A stretch of 64,000 nucleotides of DNA from Dehalococcoidia bacterium. GTDB taxonomy: Bacteria; Chloroflexota; Dehalococcoidia; Dehalococcoidales; JAUYDJ01. A model generated the notes under the pieces. The model was given only the letters and a program-made list of their open reading frames with translations. It had not been told where the DNA came from and made no database searches. Position 1 is the stretch's first letter. Each line of letters starts with the position of its first letter. Below are positions 18,596 to 27,603 of this stretch, piece by piece. The stretch spans positions 758,624 through 822,623 of the forward strand of contig CP070693.1 in NCBI GenBank assembly GCA_020353235.1, given 5' to 3'. Made by a program: the position numbers and the translations under genes.

Positions 18596-19849
18596 ATGAA
18601 TGACGCCAATAACCGGGTGGTAGTCACCGGCATGGGCATACTGTGCCCGCTGGGACTGGATGTCGCCACGACCTGGGATAGTCTTATCTCAGCCAAGTCA
18701 GGGATTGACTACATCACCCTTTTTAATGCCAGCTCAATGGAGACCAAGTTCGCCGGTGAGGTCAAGGGATTTGAACCGAGCAATTACATTGACCGCAAGG
18801 AAGTCCGCCGTATGGACCGCTTTGCCCAGCTGTCCGTCGCCGCCAGTCTCCAGGCACTAGAGCAGGCCAGCATCCAGATAGACGCCAACAACCAGGACAG
18901 CACCGGTATCGTCGTTGGCAGCGGCATCGGCGGTCTGGGCACCCTGTTTGAACAGACCAAAATAATGCTGGAGAAGGGGCCGGACCGGGTGAGCCCCTTT
19001 CTCATCCCGATGATGATTGCCGATATCGCCGCCGCCCAGGTATCCATCGCGCTGAGGGTGAAGGGGCCGAACCTGTGCACCACTTCAGCCTGCTCCAGCG
19101 GCTCGGATGCCATCGGCGTGGCATATGAAATTGTGCGGCGGGGGGATGCTCGTATCATGATTACCGGCGGTGCCGAGGCGATAATCAACCCACTGGGCAT
19201 CGCCTCTTTTAATGCCCTGAGGGCACTATCAACCCGAAATGACGCCCCCAAGCTAGCCTCCCGCCCCTTTGATGCCGAACGGGATGGCTTTGTCATTGGT
19301 GAAGGCGCCGCTATCCTTGTTTTAGAGAGTCTCAGCTCCGCCCGGGAGCGGGGGGCTAACATACTGGCTGAGGTTATCGGCTACGGCGCCAGCGGTGATG
19401 CTTTCCACGTTACCCAGCCCCTAGAAGACGGCGAGGGTGCCGTCAAGGCAATGCAGATGGCGCTGAAAAAAGCCGGGGTGACCACCAGTGAAATTGATTA
19501 CATCAATGCCCACGGCACCTCTACCCCGCTAAATGACAAAACCGAAACTATCGCCATCAAGACCGTATTCGGTGACCGCGCCCACCATATTCCGGTAAGC
19601 TCGACCAAGTCAATGACGGGACACCTGATTGGCGCTGCCGGGGCGATTGAAGCCGCCATATGCATCTTAGCTATCCGGCACGGCGTAATACCGCCAACCA
19701 TAAACCTCACTCACCCCGACCCGGAATGCGACTTAGATTATGTGCCCAATGAAGCCCGCCCGGCTGAGGTCAACACCACTCTGTCCAATTCCTTCGGCTT
19801 CGGTGGCCATAACTCGGTGCTTGTCTTTCGAAAATTTGCTGAGGCATAA
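18596..19849 (+). CDS. fabF: 3-oxoacyl-ACP synthase II
   Basis: 417 aa. Active-site context TACSSGSDAIG, HGTSTPLND, GHLIGAAG and C-terminal NSFGFGGHN. Confidence 0.9.
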   Translation: MNDANNRVVVTGMGILCPLGLDVATTWDSLISAKSGIDYITLFNASSMETKFAGEVKGFEPSNYIDRKEVRRMDRFAQLSVAASLQALEQASIQIDANNQDSTGIVVGSGIGGLGTLFEQTKIMLEKGPDRVSPFLIPMMIADIAAAQVSIALRVKGPNLCTTSACSSGSDAIGVAYEIVRRGDARIMITGGAEAIINPLGIASFNALRALSTRNDAPKLASRPFDAERDGFVIGEGAAILVLESLSSARERGANILAEVIGYGASGDAFHVTQPLEDGEGAVKAMQMALKKAGVTTSEIDYINAHGTSTPLNDKTETIAIKTVFGDRAHHIPVSSTKSMTGHLIGAAGAIEAAICILAIRHGVIPPTINLTHPDPECDLDYVPNEARPAEVNTTLSNSFGFGGHNSVLVFRKFAEA

Positions 19850-19851
19850 GT

Positions 19852-21555
19852 TTGAACCATTGCCATTGGAAGCTTCTACCGCCGGTGCCAGATGAGCATC
19901 TGGCTACCAACGCCGGTCTGTCCCCTTTGGTTGCCCAGCTCCTGTATAACCGCGGGCTCAGTGAGCCTGCCCAGGTTGAGCTATTCATCGCCGCCGATAG
20001 CCGTCTGCTCGGCGACCCCCTGCTCCTGCCCGATATGCAGCCGGCAGTAGCCCGGGTCTACCGTGCCCTGCTCTCTGCGGAAAGCATCGCCGTTTACGGT
20101 GACTTTGACGTTGACGGCATCACCGGGACGGCTCTCCTGGTTCAGGGGCTATCCCTGCTGGGGGTTAAGGCAACCCCTTATATACCGCACCGCCTGACCG
20201 AGGGCTACGGGCTGAAGACCGCCGCCCTGGAAAACCTCCGCCAGCAGGGAGTCAGCCTGGTTATCACCGTTGACTGTGGCATCACCGCGGCAAGCGAGGT
20301 CAAGAAAGCCAAAAAGATGGGGCTGGATATCATCGTTACCGACCACCACACCCCGACCGAGGTAATCCCACCGGCTACCGCCGTGATTAACCCCCGGCTC
20401 CCCAGTTCAGCCTACCCCTTTGCCGAGCTAGCCGGCGTGGGGGTAGCCTTCAAGTTTTTGCAGGCCCTCTTCCAGAGTATCGGTAAAGAGGCACAGCTTC
20501 ACAGTCTGATAGACCTGGCTGCCCTGGGTACCATCGCCGATATGACGCCGTTGCTCGGTGAAAACCGCTATTTGGTCAAAGAGGGGCTCAAGCTGATTAA
20601 CGATAGCCCCCGTCTGGGGCTGAGCGAAATGATAACCCAGGCCGGGCTGAGCACGGGCAATCTTGACGCCGAAACGGTCTCCTGGGTCATCGCCCCCCGG
20701 CTCAATGCCGCCGGCAGATTGGCCCACGCCATGAGCAGCTATCAATTGCTGGTGACCGACTCATTGGTGGAGGCACAGGGGCTTACCTCATGGCTGCAGC
20801 AAAAAAATGAGGAAAGGCAGCGCATAACCAGCAAAGTATTAACCAGAGCCCGGGAGCAGGTACTGGCTCAGGAGATTTCACCCCTGCTCATCGCCGGCGA
20901 TGAAGACTGCCCGGTGGGCATCGCCGGACTCATCGCCGGCAGACTGGCCGAGGAGTTTTACCGACCGGCGGTTTTTATCCGCCTCGGTGAGCAGATAAGC
21001 AGTGGCAGCTGCCGTAGCATCCCTGAATTTGATATTCTCCAGGCACTGGGCCAGTGCCAGCGCCTTCTGTCCCGCTTTGGCGGGCATTCCCAGGCCGCCG
21101 GTCTGACCCTGCCCACCCGGAATCTATCCCGCTTCAAACAGTGCCTCTCCGAGCTGGCCGCCAGCCAGCTCGCTGGGCTTGACCTCCGTCCCTCGCTGGA
21201 TATTGACGCCGAGGTTGCCCTGCCCGACCTTAACGAGGCTGTCTTCTCCGCCATCCAGCAGCTGGCTCCCTTTGGCTGCGGTAACCCCCTGCCCGTCTTT
21301 CTCAGCCGCCAGGTAGAGATGGTTGACTGCCGCACCATGGGTAGCGATGGCACCCACCTCAGGTCAAAACTGCAGCAGGGCGGCACCGTCTGGGAGGGAG
21401 TCGGTTTTGGATTGGGTAATTTTCGGGAGGAGCTATCATCGCCGCTTGACATTGTGTATAATCTGGAAATAGATCGCTGGGGCGGGCAAGAGAAGCTGAG
21501 ACTTAATATCCTGGACTTTGCCCCGGCCGGAATGGAGAGGGAATATGACCAGTGA
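19852..21555 (+). CDS. recJ: single-stranded-DNA-specific exonuclease RecJ
   Basis: 567 aa. DHH motifs (YGDFDVDGITG, ITVDCG, DIIVTDHH) and DHHA1 region (GGHSQAAG). Confidence 0.9.
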   Translation: MNHCHWKLLPPVPDEHLATNAGLSPLVAQLLYNRGLSEPAQVELFIAADSRLLGDPLLLPDMQPAVARVYRALLSAESIAVYGDFDVDGITGTALLVQGLSLLGVKATPYIPHRLTEGYGLKTAALENLRQQGVSLVITVDCGITAASEVKKAKKMGLDIIVTDHHTPTEVIPPATAVINPRLPSSAYPFAELAGVGVAFKFLQALFQSIGKEAQLHSLIDLAALGTIADMTPLLGENRYLVKEGLKLINDSPRLGLSEMITQAGLSTGNLDAETVSWVIAPRLNAAGRLAHAMSSYQLLVTDSLVEAQGLTSWLQQKNEERQRITSKVLTRAREQVLAQEISPLLIAGDEDCPVGIAGLIAGRLAEEFYRPAVFIRLGEQISSGSCRSIPEFDILQALGQCQRLLSRFGGHSQAAGLTLPTRNLSRFKQCLSELAASQLAGLDLRPSLDIDAEVALPDLNEAVFSAIQQLAPFGCGNPLPVFLSRQVEMVDCRTMGSDGTHLRSKLQQGGTVWEGVGFGLGNFREELSSPLDIVYNLEIDRWGGQEKLRLNILDFAPAGMEREYDQ

Positions 21556-22174
21556 AATAAGTTTTAGTGCCCTCGCTATTAGCATTGCCTACTTAATCGG
21601 CTCCATCCCCACCGCTTATATCACCGGCCGGCTCGTTAAAGGGTTTGACATCCGCCAGGTAGGCACCCGGAATATGGGCGCCATGAATGTCTTCTACCAG
21701 GTCGGTTTTCTGGCCGGACTAATGGTGCTGGCAATAGATATCAGCAAGGGAGCCGCCGTGGTCGCCCTGGCACGCCTGATGGGAACACCCGAGATAATTC
21801 AGCTGCTAGCCGGTGCCTTTGCCGTAATCGGCCACGGCTTCACCATATTCCTCAGGTTCCGCGGCGGGCGGGGCGGGGCAACCTGCATTGGCGTCCTGGC
21901 CTATCTCATGCCCTGGGGCATCCCCATATATCTGGCTGTTTTCGGCGTCGGCCTGCTTTTCACCCGCTTCCCGACCTTCAGCTACAGCCTCGCCCTGGTC
22001 AGTTTCCCCTTCATTGCCTGGCTGATGTATCACGATGGCACGCTGGTAGTCTATACCATATTGCTCCTGCTCCTGCCGGCAATTAAGTACATCCCCAGAG
22101 TAAAGGAAATGCGGGACAAAGCCGGCAGCTGGCGCCACGTCCTGCTGCGGCGGGGCTTGAAAGACAGGCTCTAG
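21545..22174 (+). CDS. plsY: glycerol-3-phosphate acyltransferase PlsY
   Basis: About 209-aa polytopic protein with YLIGSIPTAYI and GTRNMGAMNV motifs. I chose the ATG at 21545 (GGAGAGGG SD); it overlaps the recJ end by 11 nt. Confidence 0.85.
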   Translation: MTSEISFSALAISIAYLIGSIPTAYITGRLVKGFDIRQVGTRNMGAMNVFYQVGFLAGLMVLAIDISKGAAVVALARLMGTPEIIQLLAGAFAVIGHGFTIFLRFRGGRGGATCIGVLAYLMPWGIPIYLAVFGVGLLFTRFPTFSYSLALVSFPFIAWLMYHDGTLVVYTILLLLLPAIKYIPRVKEMRDKAGSWRHVLLRRGLKDRL

Positions 22175-22184
22175 GTCAGCGCTT

Positions 22185-22796
22185 TCACCAGACCGACCTG
22201 ATATGCCCGGCGATAATATCAATGACCTCAAACAGATTAGCCGATGGTAGCTGGTAAGCAACCCTTACTTTGGCGCACTCACTACCCGGCAAAATCGAAA
22301 GACCGCCTTCCATTTCAGCCTGCCCCAGCTTGTCTTTAAGGCGGGGGTCGTAATTGAGCTCCCGGCAAAGCCACTCATCACCTTTCCACTCAATATCACC
22401 CCCTCCACCCAACACCCCCAGCGCCCCTTTCCGGACCAGCCCGGTCTTCTTCCGGCTCGTTTTAGCCAGCCATAAACCGGTCCCGACCGAGTAGTCAGCG
22501 AAAAGACGGTCCCCGAACGGGGTCGCTTTGCTGACCACATTGATAAGGTCAACATTACGGCCCCCTATCTTGATGGCGCCCTGGCACCTCTCCATTGAAG
22601 CCCGTCGGGCGCCCCTTGCGCCCGCTTTTTTATCTACCTCTGAAAGAGTCGCGTAGATGCCCATACCCTGCAGGTGGTCTAGCAGCAAGCTCACGTCTTT
22701 AGGACTGCCCTTTTTCAGCTTCATGAATGGTCGTGCCAGACCAATCACCGCCAGAAACAAGAGGAGGACAATGACAAAAGTATCCCACCATTCCAT
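22185..22796 (-). CDS. hypothetical N-terminally membrane-anchored protein
   Basis: 203 aa with a single N-terminal TM helix. I recognise no motif. Confidence 0.4.
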   Translation of the reverse strand: MEWWDTFVIVLLLFLAVIGLARPFMKLKKGSPKDVSLLLDHLQGMGIYATLSEVDKKAGARGARRASMERCQGAIKIGGRNVDLINVVSKATPFGDRLFADYSVGTGLWLAKTSRKKTGLVRKGALGVLGGGGDIEWKGDEWLCRELNYDPRLKDKLGQAEMEGGLSILPGSECAKVRVAYQLPSANLFEVIDIIAGHIRSVW

Positions 22797-22838
22797 GTCA
22801 ACCTGCCCGAGAAGAGGTACCAGACTTAAAAAGCCCGG

Positions 22839-23639
22839 CTAATGCTCAATCTGCTTGATCTGGTAGCGCAGCTTGCCGACGGGTACGGTTACCTCCACCG
22901 TTTCCCCCTGCCGCCGTCCGAATACCGCCTTGCCAATGGGGGAGAGGCTGGAAATTTTGCCCTGGCTCGGGTCTACCTCGCGGGGGCTAACCATGGTATA
23001 GCGCAGTTCTTCCCCGGAAGCCAGGTCACACAGAATAATACGGTCACCGATGCCTACCTTAGGCGCCGGCGCCTCTTTTTCGGCAATGATAACCGCTGAT
23101 TTCAGCGTTGCCTCTATCTCCCGGATGCGCCCCTCCAGCCGACCGTGTTCCTGCCGGGCGGCTTCCAGAGGCGCGTTCTCCCGAAAGTCTTTATCGGCGG
23201 CAGCGCGGCGTATTTCGGCAATAATCTCGGTACGCTTGGCCTTCAGCACCGTCAGCTCCGCTTCCAGTTTGGCGTAGCCCTCGCCGGTCAAGGGAACCGC
23301 TTTTACCGAACCGCGGCGAGAGCCGGGGACGGGGGCGGTCTTCCCCTTTCTCACCCGCAGGTTGGTGGCCAGATTTTTAGCCGTCCACCCCGCCTGCCTG
23401 GCATGAATCAGGAAGGCCCGGGTCAGCTCCAGCTTCTGGTTATAGTCAGTATCAGAGCGGGATAGCTGTTCGGCATATCTGGCTACCTCGGGTGCGGTAA
23501 GCCCGGCGACGGGTCGCTCCCAGCCGTACCAGCGCACAAAGCGATAGACCTCCTGCTGGCTGAGACTCCTGTTCTCCGGGGATAAACTGGCCAGAAAACG
23601 AGTGGCCGCTTCACTCAAACTCGGGCCAGGCTCACTCAT
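22839..23639 (-). CDS. greA: GreA-domain transcription elongation factor with an extra N-terminal domain of about 110 aa
   Basis: The C-terminal 155 aa match GreA: a coiled coil (LTGEGYAKLEAEL...DFRENAPLEAARQEHGRLEGRIREIE) and a globular domain (ISSLSPIGKAVFGRRQGETVEV). I chose the ATG at 23639 with a GGGGGTG SD. Confidence 0.7.
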   Translation of the reverse strand: MSEPGPSLSEAATRFLASLSPENRSLSQQEVYRFVRWYGWERPVAGLTAPEVARYAEQLSRSDTDYNQKLELTRAFLIHARQAGWTAKNLATNLRVRKGKTAPVPGSRRGSVKAVPLTGEGYAKLEAELTVLKAKRTEIIAEIRRAAADKDFRENAPLEAARQEHGRLEGRIREIEATLKSAVIIAEKEAPAPKVGIGDRIILCDLASGEELRYTMVSPREVDPSQGKISSLSPIGKAVFGRRQGETVEVTVPVGKLRYQIKQIEH

Positions 23640-23725
23640 CGATATCACCCCCGCTAGAGATTTCACTTCATATTCTAAGCGCTAACCACGCTTGGGTCAA
23701 TAAGATTAGACTGCGCTCTTCATCC

Positions 23726-24904
23726 CTATTTTGAGCGAAACGGAATCTTGACCACCCCGATGGCTCGGGCTAACAGCTGGTGCCCCACCAGCCTCAATAT
23801 CACCTCACCATGCCAGTCAAAAGACACTTCTTCCGCTTTAAGCAGGGCATCATCAATACCACTGGACTTTATTATGTCAAAGGCACGGTCAATCTGGGCA
23901 TCACTCATATGCTCATAGAGCTTCCGTGCCCAGTAGCCCATCCTCAATTCCCTCCCCAGCCTCCTCCGCCACCCCCTCTCATAGCCCGCCAGGCTCCTGG
24001 CGGACAGGTCACCACGCCCCAGTGCCTGATGCAGGATAGCCACGGCAATATCGGCACAGAGCAGGCCATAGTAAATACCGCCGCCGGTGGTCGGCTTCAC
24101 CTGCCCGGCAGCCCCACCCACCACCAGCAGCCGGTCACCATAGGTCTTAGCCAGCGGCTTAAGCAAAATTCCGCGATAACTTGGTTTAGTCCCGGCGGAG
24201 GCTATTTTCCCCTCAGCCTCAAGGGATGAGAGCAGCTTCGGGAGATAAAACTCAGGGCGGCGCCGGGAAAGCAGCCCGACCAGAGCTTTGTCTGGCGAGG
24301 TCGGCACCAGCCAGCCGAAAAAGCCCGGTGCCACCTCCCGACCGAAATAGACCTCAACTTCCTCCACCCCACTCATCACCTCCACCTGACCCCCCATAAC
24401 CGAATCACCAGCCTTGCCCAGCCCCAGCTGTTGAGTCAGACTTGAGCCGAAGCCGGTAGCGATGACTACCGCTCTTGCCTTGAAATCCAAGCGCTCCCCC
24501 TGCCCGACGGCTTCAACCCTAACGCCGTCATCGCCAATACTGATACTGCTGACCAGGCTACCCAGCCAGTAGTCCACCCCCCTGCCCTGAGCCTGCTTCG
24601 CCAGCGAGGCATCAAGCCCCGCCCGGTCAATGATGCAGGCCTGGGTTTCCGGCCGCCACACCCTGAGCAGCCTGCCTGAGGGTGAAAATAATTTGGCACT
24701 GTTGGCCCGCCGCAGAATAATATCCTCGCCAAGGGCAAATGAGTCAACGCACCTAGGGCTGATGATGCCGGCACAGCAAATTTTCTCCCCCAAGGCTGCC
24801 TTCTGCTCTACTACCGCTAGGCTATGCCCCTTCTCCGCCAGCTGGGAAGCTATATAGCTCCCCACCGGTCCAGCGCCCACAATGATTACGTCATAACTTT
24901 TCAC
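23726..24904 (-). CDS. geranylgeranyl reductase-family FAD-dependent oxidoreductase
   Basis: 392 aa. Rossmann N-terminus YDVIIVGAGPVGSYIA. The length and the GGGIYYG region are typical of the GGR family. Confidence 0.7.
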   Translation of the reverse strand: MKSYDVIIVGAGPVGSYIASQLAEKGHSLAVVEQKAALGEKICCAGIISPRCVDSFALGEDIILRRANSAKLFSPSGRLLRVWRPETQACIIDRAGLDASLAKQAQGRGVDYWLGSLVSSISIGDDGVRVEAVGQGERLDFKARAVVIATGFGSSLTQQLGLGKAGDSVMGGQVEVMSGVEEVEVYFGREVAPGFFGWLVPTSPDKALVGLLSRRRPEFYLPKLLSSLEAEGKIASAGTKPSYRGILLKPLAKTYGDRLLVVGGAAGQVKPTTGGGIYYGLLCADIAVAILHQALGRGDLSARSLAGYERGWRRRLGRELRMGYWARKLYEHMSDAQIDRAFDIIKSSGIDDALLKAEEVSFDWHGEVILRLVGHQLLARAIGVVKIPFRSK

Positions 24905-26133
24905 TGGCTAGACTCCCCACCCAATGCCTCTTTCAGCTCCTGGCGCCTGGTCATCTCCGAGACCGTCTCCAGGAATTCTTTAAGGGAGACACTCTGTTGT
25001 CTCAGCTCTTTCATCTCAACGCCGATAGGGCTGATTGAGGTCGGCATATCGGCGTAAGTCCCGTGAAAGGCAAAATAGGCCTGATTCAGCTTCCGGATAT
25101 AGTAGCCCTTGCCGGCCAGATACTGGCGCTTCTGCTCCATAAACTCCTCAGCCGTCTTGATTTCACCCTGAGCCAGATACTGGTCAACCGCCCTTCTTAT
25201 CTCCCTCATCGCCCGGTTAAAGTCAAAACCGGGCTGGGCTGCCGGCGCCGGCTGATTTTCCGGTTGAGCATAGTACTTCTCATAGACGATGGCACCAATC
25301 TCCTTGCCGACCATGCCAGCCAAGGTCTCATTCATGGTAGCAATTTCGTAGTCCCGGGAGATACCGCTCAGGTCAAGCAGGTAACGGAAGCCGAGCGGCT
25401 TAAATGCCAGGTACTGGTGCAGCCATTCCTCCGCCACCGTGTTCAGGGTAAACTGTAAATCAGACTCATTACTGACCACGCTGGGATAGGTGGCAAAACC
25501 ACCCAGCCCCACCACCAGCGAGGAAACATTAAGCTTATCAACCTCAGCCTCAATAGCCTCCATTTCGTCCCGACTGATAGCCGACTGGAGGGGGATTTCG
25601 CGCATGCTCTCGATGCGTTCTCTTGGCGAAACCACCAGCAGGTTGGGCGGGGGCTCTAATCTGAAGACGAGCGGGGGGAAGCTCACCTTCCACACGACTA
25701 CGGGATTGTAGATACCCTGTTCCACCAGGGTATCTTTTATCTGGCGGGCGATTATCCCCTCTACCGTCTCGTCGTTGGCCGCCCTCTGCTCCTGTAGCTC
25801 CTCCAGCTTCGTTTGCAGTGCAGCCAGGTCACCGGCTTTATCGCCTTTTTTGACGGCTTCTATCTCTGTTTTCAGGCTTTTTATCTGCCCGACAGTAGCA
25901 AAGTACTCGCTAACCAGGTTAACCTCGTCATTTGCCTTCTGAGAGCCGCGGAAAAGCCATCTGCCGACCTCGGCGGGAATCGCCCGGAATTCCCAGCCGG
26001 CGATACTGAAGCGGTAGGGCCTAACCACTGACTTCAACTGTTTATCAAAACCGGGGGCGGGGGCACAGCTCCCGCCCAGCAAAACCAGTGACATCATCGC
26101 GGTAACAATAATCAGCCCCATTCTGGCTGGCAC
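24901..26133 (-). CDS. hypothetical lipoprotein
   Basis: 410 aa with a lipobox-like LLGGSC, a coiled-coil segment and an EEWLH...NETLA segment. Its stop overlaps the start of the reductase gene by 4 nt. Confidence 0.45.
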   Translation of the reverse strand: MPARMGLIIVTAMMSLVLLGGSCAPAPGFDKQLKSVVRPYRFSIAGWEFRAIPAEVGRWLFRGSQKANDEVNLVSEYFATVGQIKSLKTEIEAVKKGDKAGDLAALQTKLEELQEQRAANDETVEGIIARQIKDTLVEQGIYNPVVVWKVSFPPLVFRLEPPPNLLVVSPRERIESMREIPLQSAISRDEMEAIEAEVDKLNVSSLVVGLGGFATYPSVVSNESDLQFTLNTVAEEWLHQYLAFKPLGFRYLLDLSGISRDYEIATMNETLAGMVGKEIGAIVYEKYYAQPENQPAPAAQPGFDFNRAMREIRRAVDQYLAQGEIKTAEEFMEQKRQYLAGKGYYIRKLNQAYFAFHGTYADMPTSISPIGVEMKELRQQSVSLKEFLETVSEMTRRQELKEALGGESSQ

Positions 26134-26188
26134 TCTCTATCTCCTGTTGCCCTCAAGCCGGGGCTAGGACCGGACCAAAAATTATCTT

Positions 26189-27571
26189 TCAGCCTGAAGC
26201 CAGGCTCTTGACCATATAATCGCCCTGCGAGCGGTAGCCAAACTCAGTGCGGTAATACTCTTTCGCCCCCACCCCGCTCAGCACCGCTATCACCGGCACC
26301 CGAAACTCCTCAGCGGCAATCCGCTCCGCCTCCCCCAGCAGCGCCTTGCCCAGCCCCTTATGCTGGGCGGCGGCGGTACTCTGCTGACCGAGGGAGACCT
26401 CCGGCCCATAGACATGCAGCTCCCTGATTATAGCCAGATGCCGGTTATTTTCCAGCCCGGCTATCGGCTCGGCCTGGACCCTCATCCGCAGCAGACCGAA
26501 AAGCGTCTCATTTTCATCCTCAAAAGAGAGCAAAATCTCCCTGCCGTTGGAGGCTTCGTAATCCAGCCTGACCATTCTCGGTTCACCTGTTTGCCAGCCG
26601 TTGCGCACCCGGTGCCCGTATTCGCGGCACCGGATACACCGGCACTCAATGGCTCGCTCCCCCATCCGCTGTTTAACCACATCACGCAGCGAGTCCTTCA
26701 AGCCAGCCACTATAAACTTGGGTGGGATGTCACGGAGCACCCTTGAGATGCGGACATACTTGGGCACCGTTAACTTTATGTCAACTATCAGGTTAATCAT
26801 GGTCTCGGCGTCATAGGGCTGGTAACGCCCCTCCCGGTACCACTTCTCCAGTTCGGTGCCGGTGACCACCATCGTCGGGTAAAGCTTCAACCCGTCCGGC
26901 CGGAAACGATGGTCGCTGAACAGCCTCCGGGTCAGTGCTAAATCAATTTCAGGCGTGGCGCCGGGCAGGCCGGGCATCCAGTGATAGTGCACCTTGAAGC
27001 CGTGCTGGCGGAGCAAGGCAGTCGCCCTGACCACTTCACCACTCCCGTGCCCCCGCCCAATCAGCCAGTAGACCTCATCATCCAGCGTCTGCACCCCGAG
27101 CTCCACCCGGGTGGTGCCCAGTTCAAGCATGCCGTCTATTTCCGCCTCCCCGCACCAGTCCGGTCTGGTCTCAATACAAAGCCCGACACAGCGGTGGCTG
27201 GCGGTTTCATTGAGCCACTTGGCCGCTTCCAGGCTGACCGACTGGCTGCCATTCAAGGCATCATAGCAGTCCTTGATGAACTGGTTTTGATAATCCCTGG
27301 GGTAAGCCAGAAAGGTGCCCCCCATTATTATCAGCTCAATCTTATCGGTGGGGTGCCCCATCTCGGTGAGCACTTTCAGCCTCAGCTCAACCTGCTTTCG
27401 AGCGTCATAGCCGCACTGCCGGGCCCGCATCGCCGCCGGCGACTCCGGGGTATAGCTCTGGGGTATATCCAGAAAGGTGGGGCAATAGATGCACTGCCCG
27501 GGGCAAGACATGGGCAGCGTCATCACCGCCACCGGGGTGACCCCGGATATTGTCCTGGTCAATTTCTTCAT
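26189..27571 (-). CDS. elp3: Elp3-type radical-SAM/GNAT tRNA uridine(34) modification enzyme
   Basis: 460 aa. Radical-SAM CPGQCIYC near the N-terminus and a C-terminal GNAT (QHKGLGKALLGEAERIA). This is the architecture of bacterial/archaeal Elp3. Confidence 0.85.
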   Translation of the reverse strand: MKKLTRTISGVTPVAVMTLPMSCPGQCIYCPTFLDIPQSYTPESPAAMRARQCGYDARKQVELRLKVLTEMGHPTDKIELIIMGGTFLAYPRDYQNQFIKDCYDALNGSQSVSLEAAKWLNETASHRCVGLCIETRPDWCGEAEIDGMLELGTTRVELGVQTLDDEVYWLIGRGHGSGEVVRATALLRQHGFKVHYHWMPGLPGATPEIDLALTRRLFSDHRFRPDGLKLYPTMVVTGTELEKWYREGRYQPYDAETMINLIVDIKLTVPKYVRISRVLRDIPPKFIVAGLKDSLRDVVKQRMGERAIECRCIRCREYGHRVRNGWQTGEPRMVRLDYEASNGREILLSFEDENETLFGLLRMRVQAEPIAGLENNRHLAIIRELHVYGPEVSLGQQSTAAAQHKGLGKALLGEAERIAAEEFRVPVIAVLSGVGAKEYYRTEFGYRSQGDYMVKSLASG

Positions 27572-27603
27572 AGTATACTTCCCGGTAACGACAGTTTAAC
27601 AGA

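Noticed and set aside
23300-23639. Integrase or mobile-element remnant, suggested by a SAM-like helical domain
   Set aside because: The domain is fused in frame to a complete GreA. There is no catalytic recombinase domain, and no flanking repeats, tRNA or other mobile-element genes.
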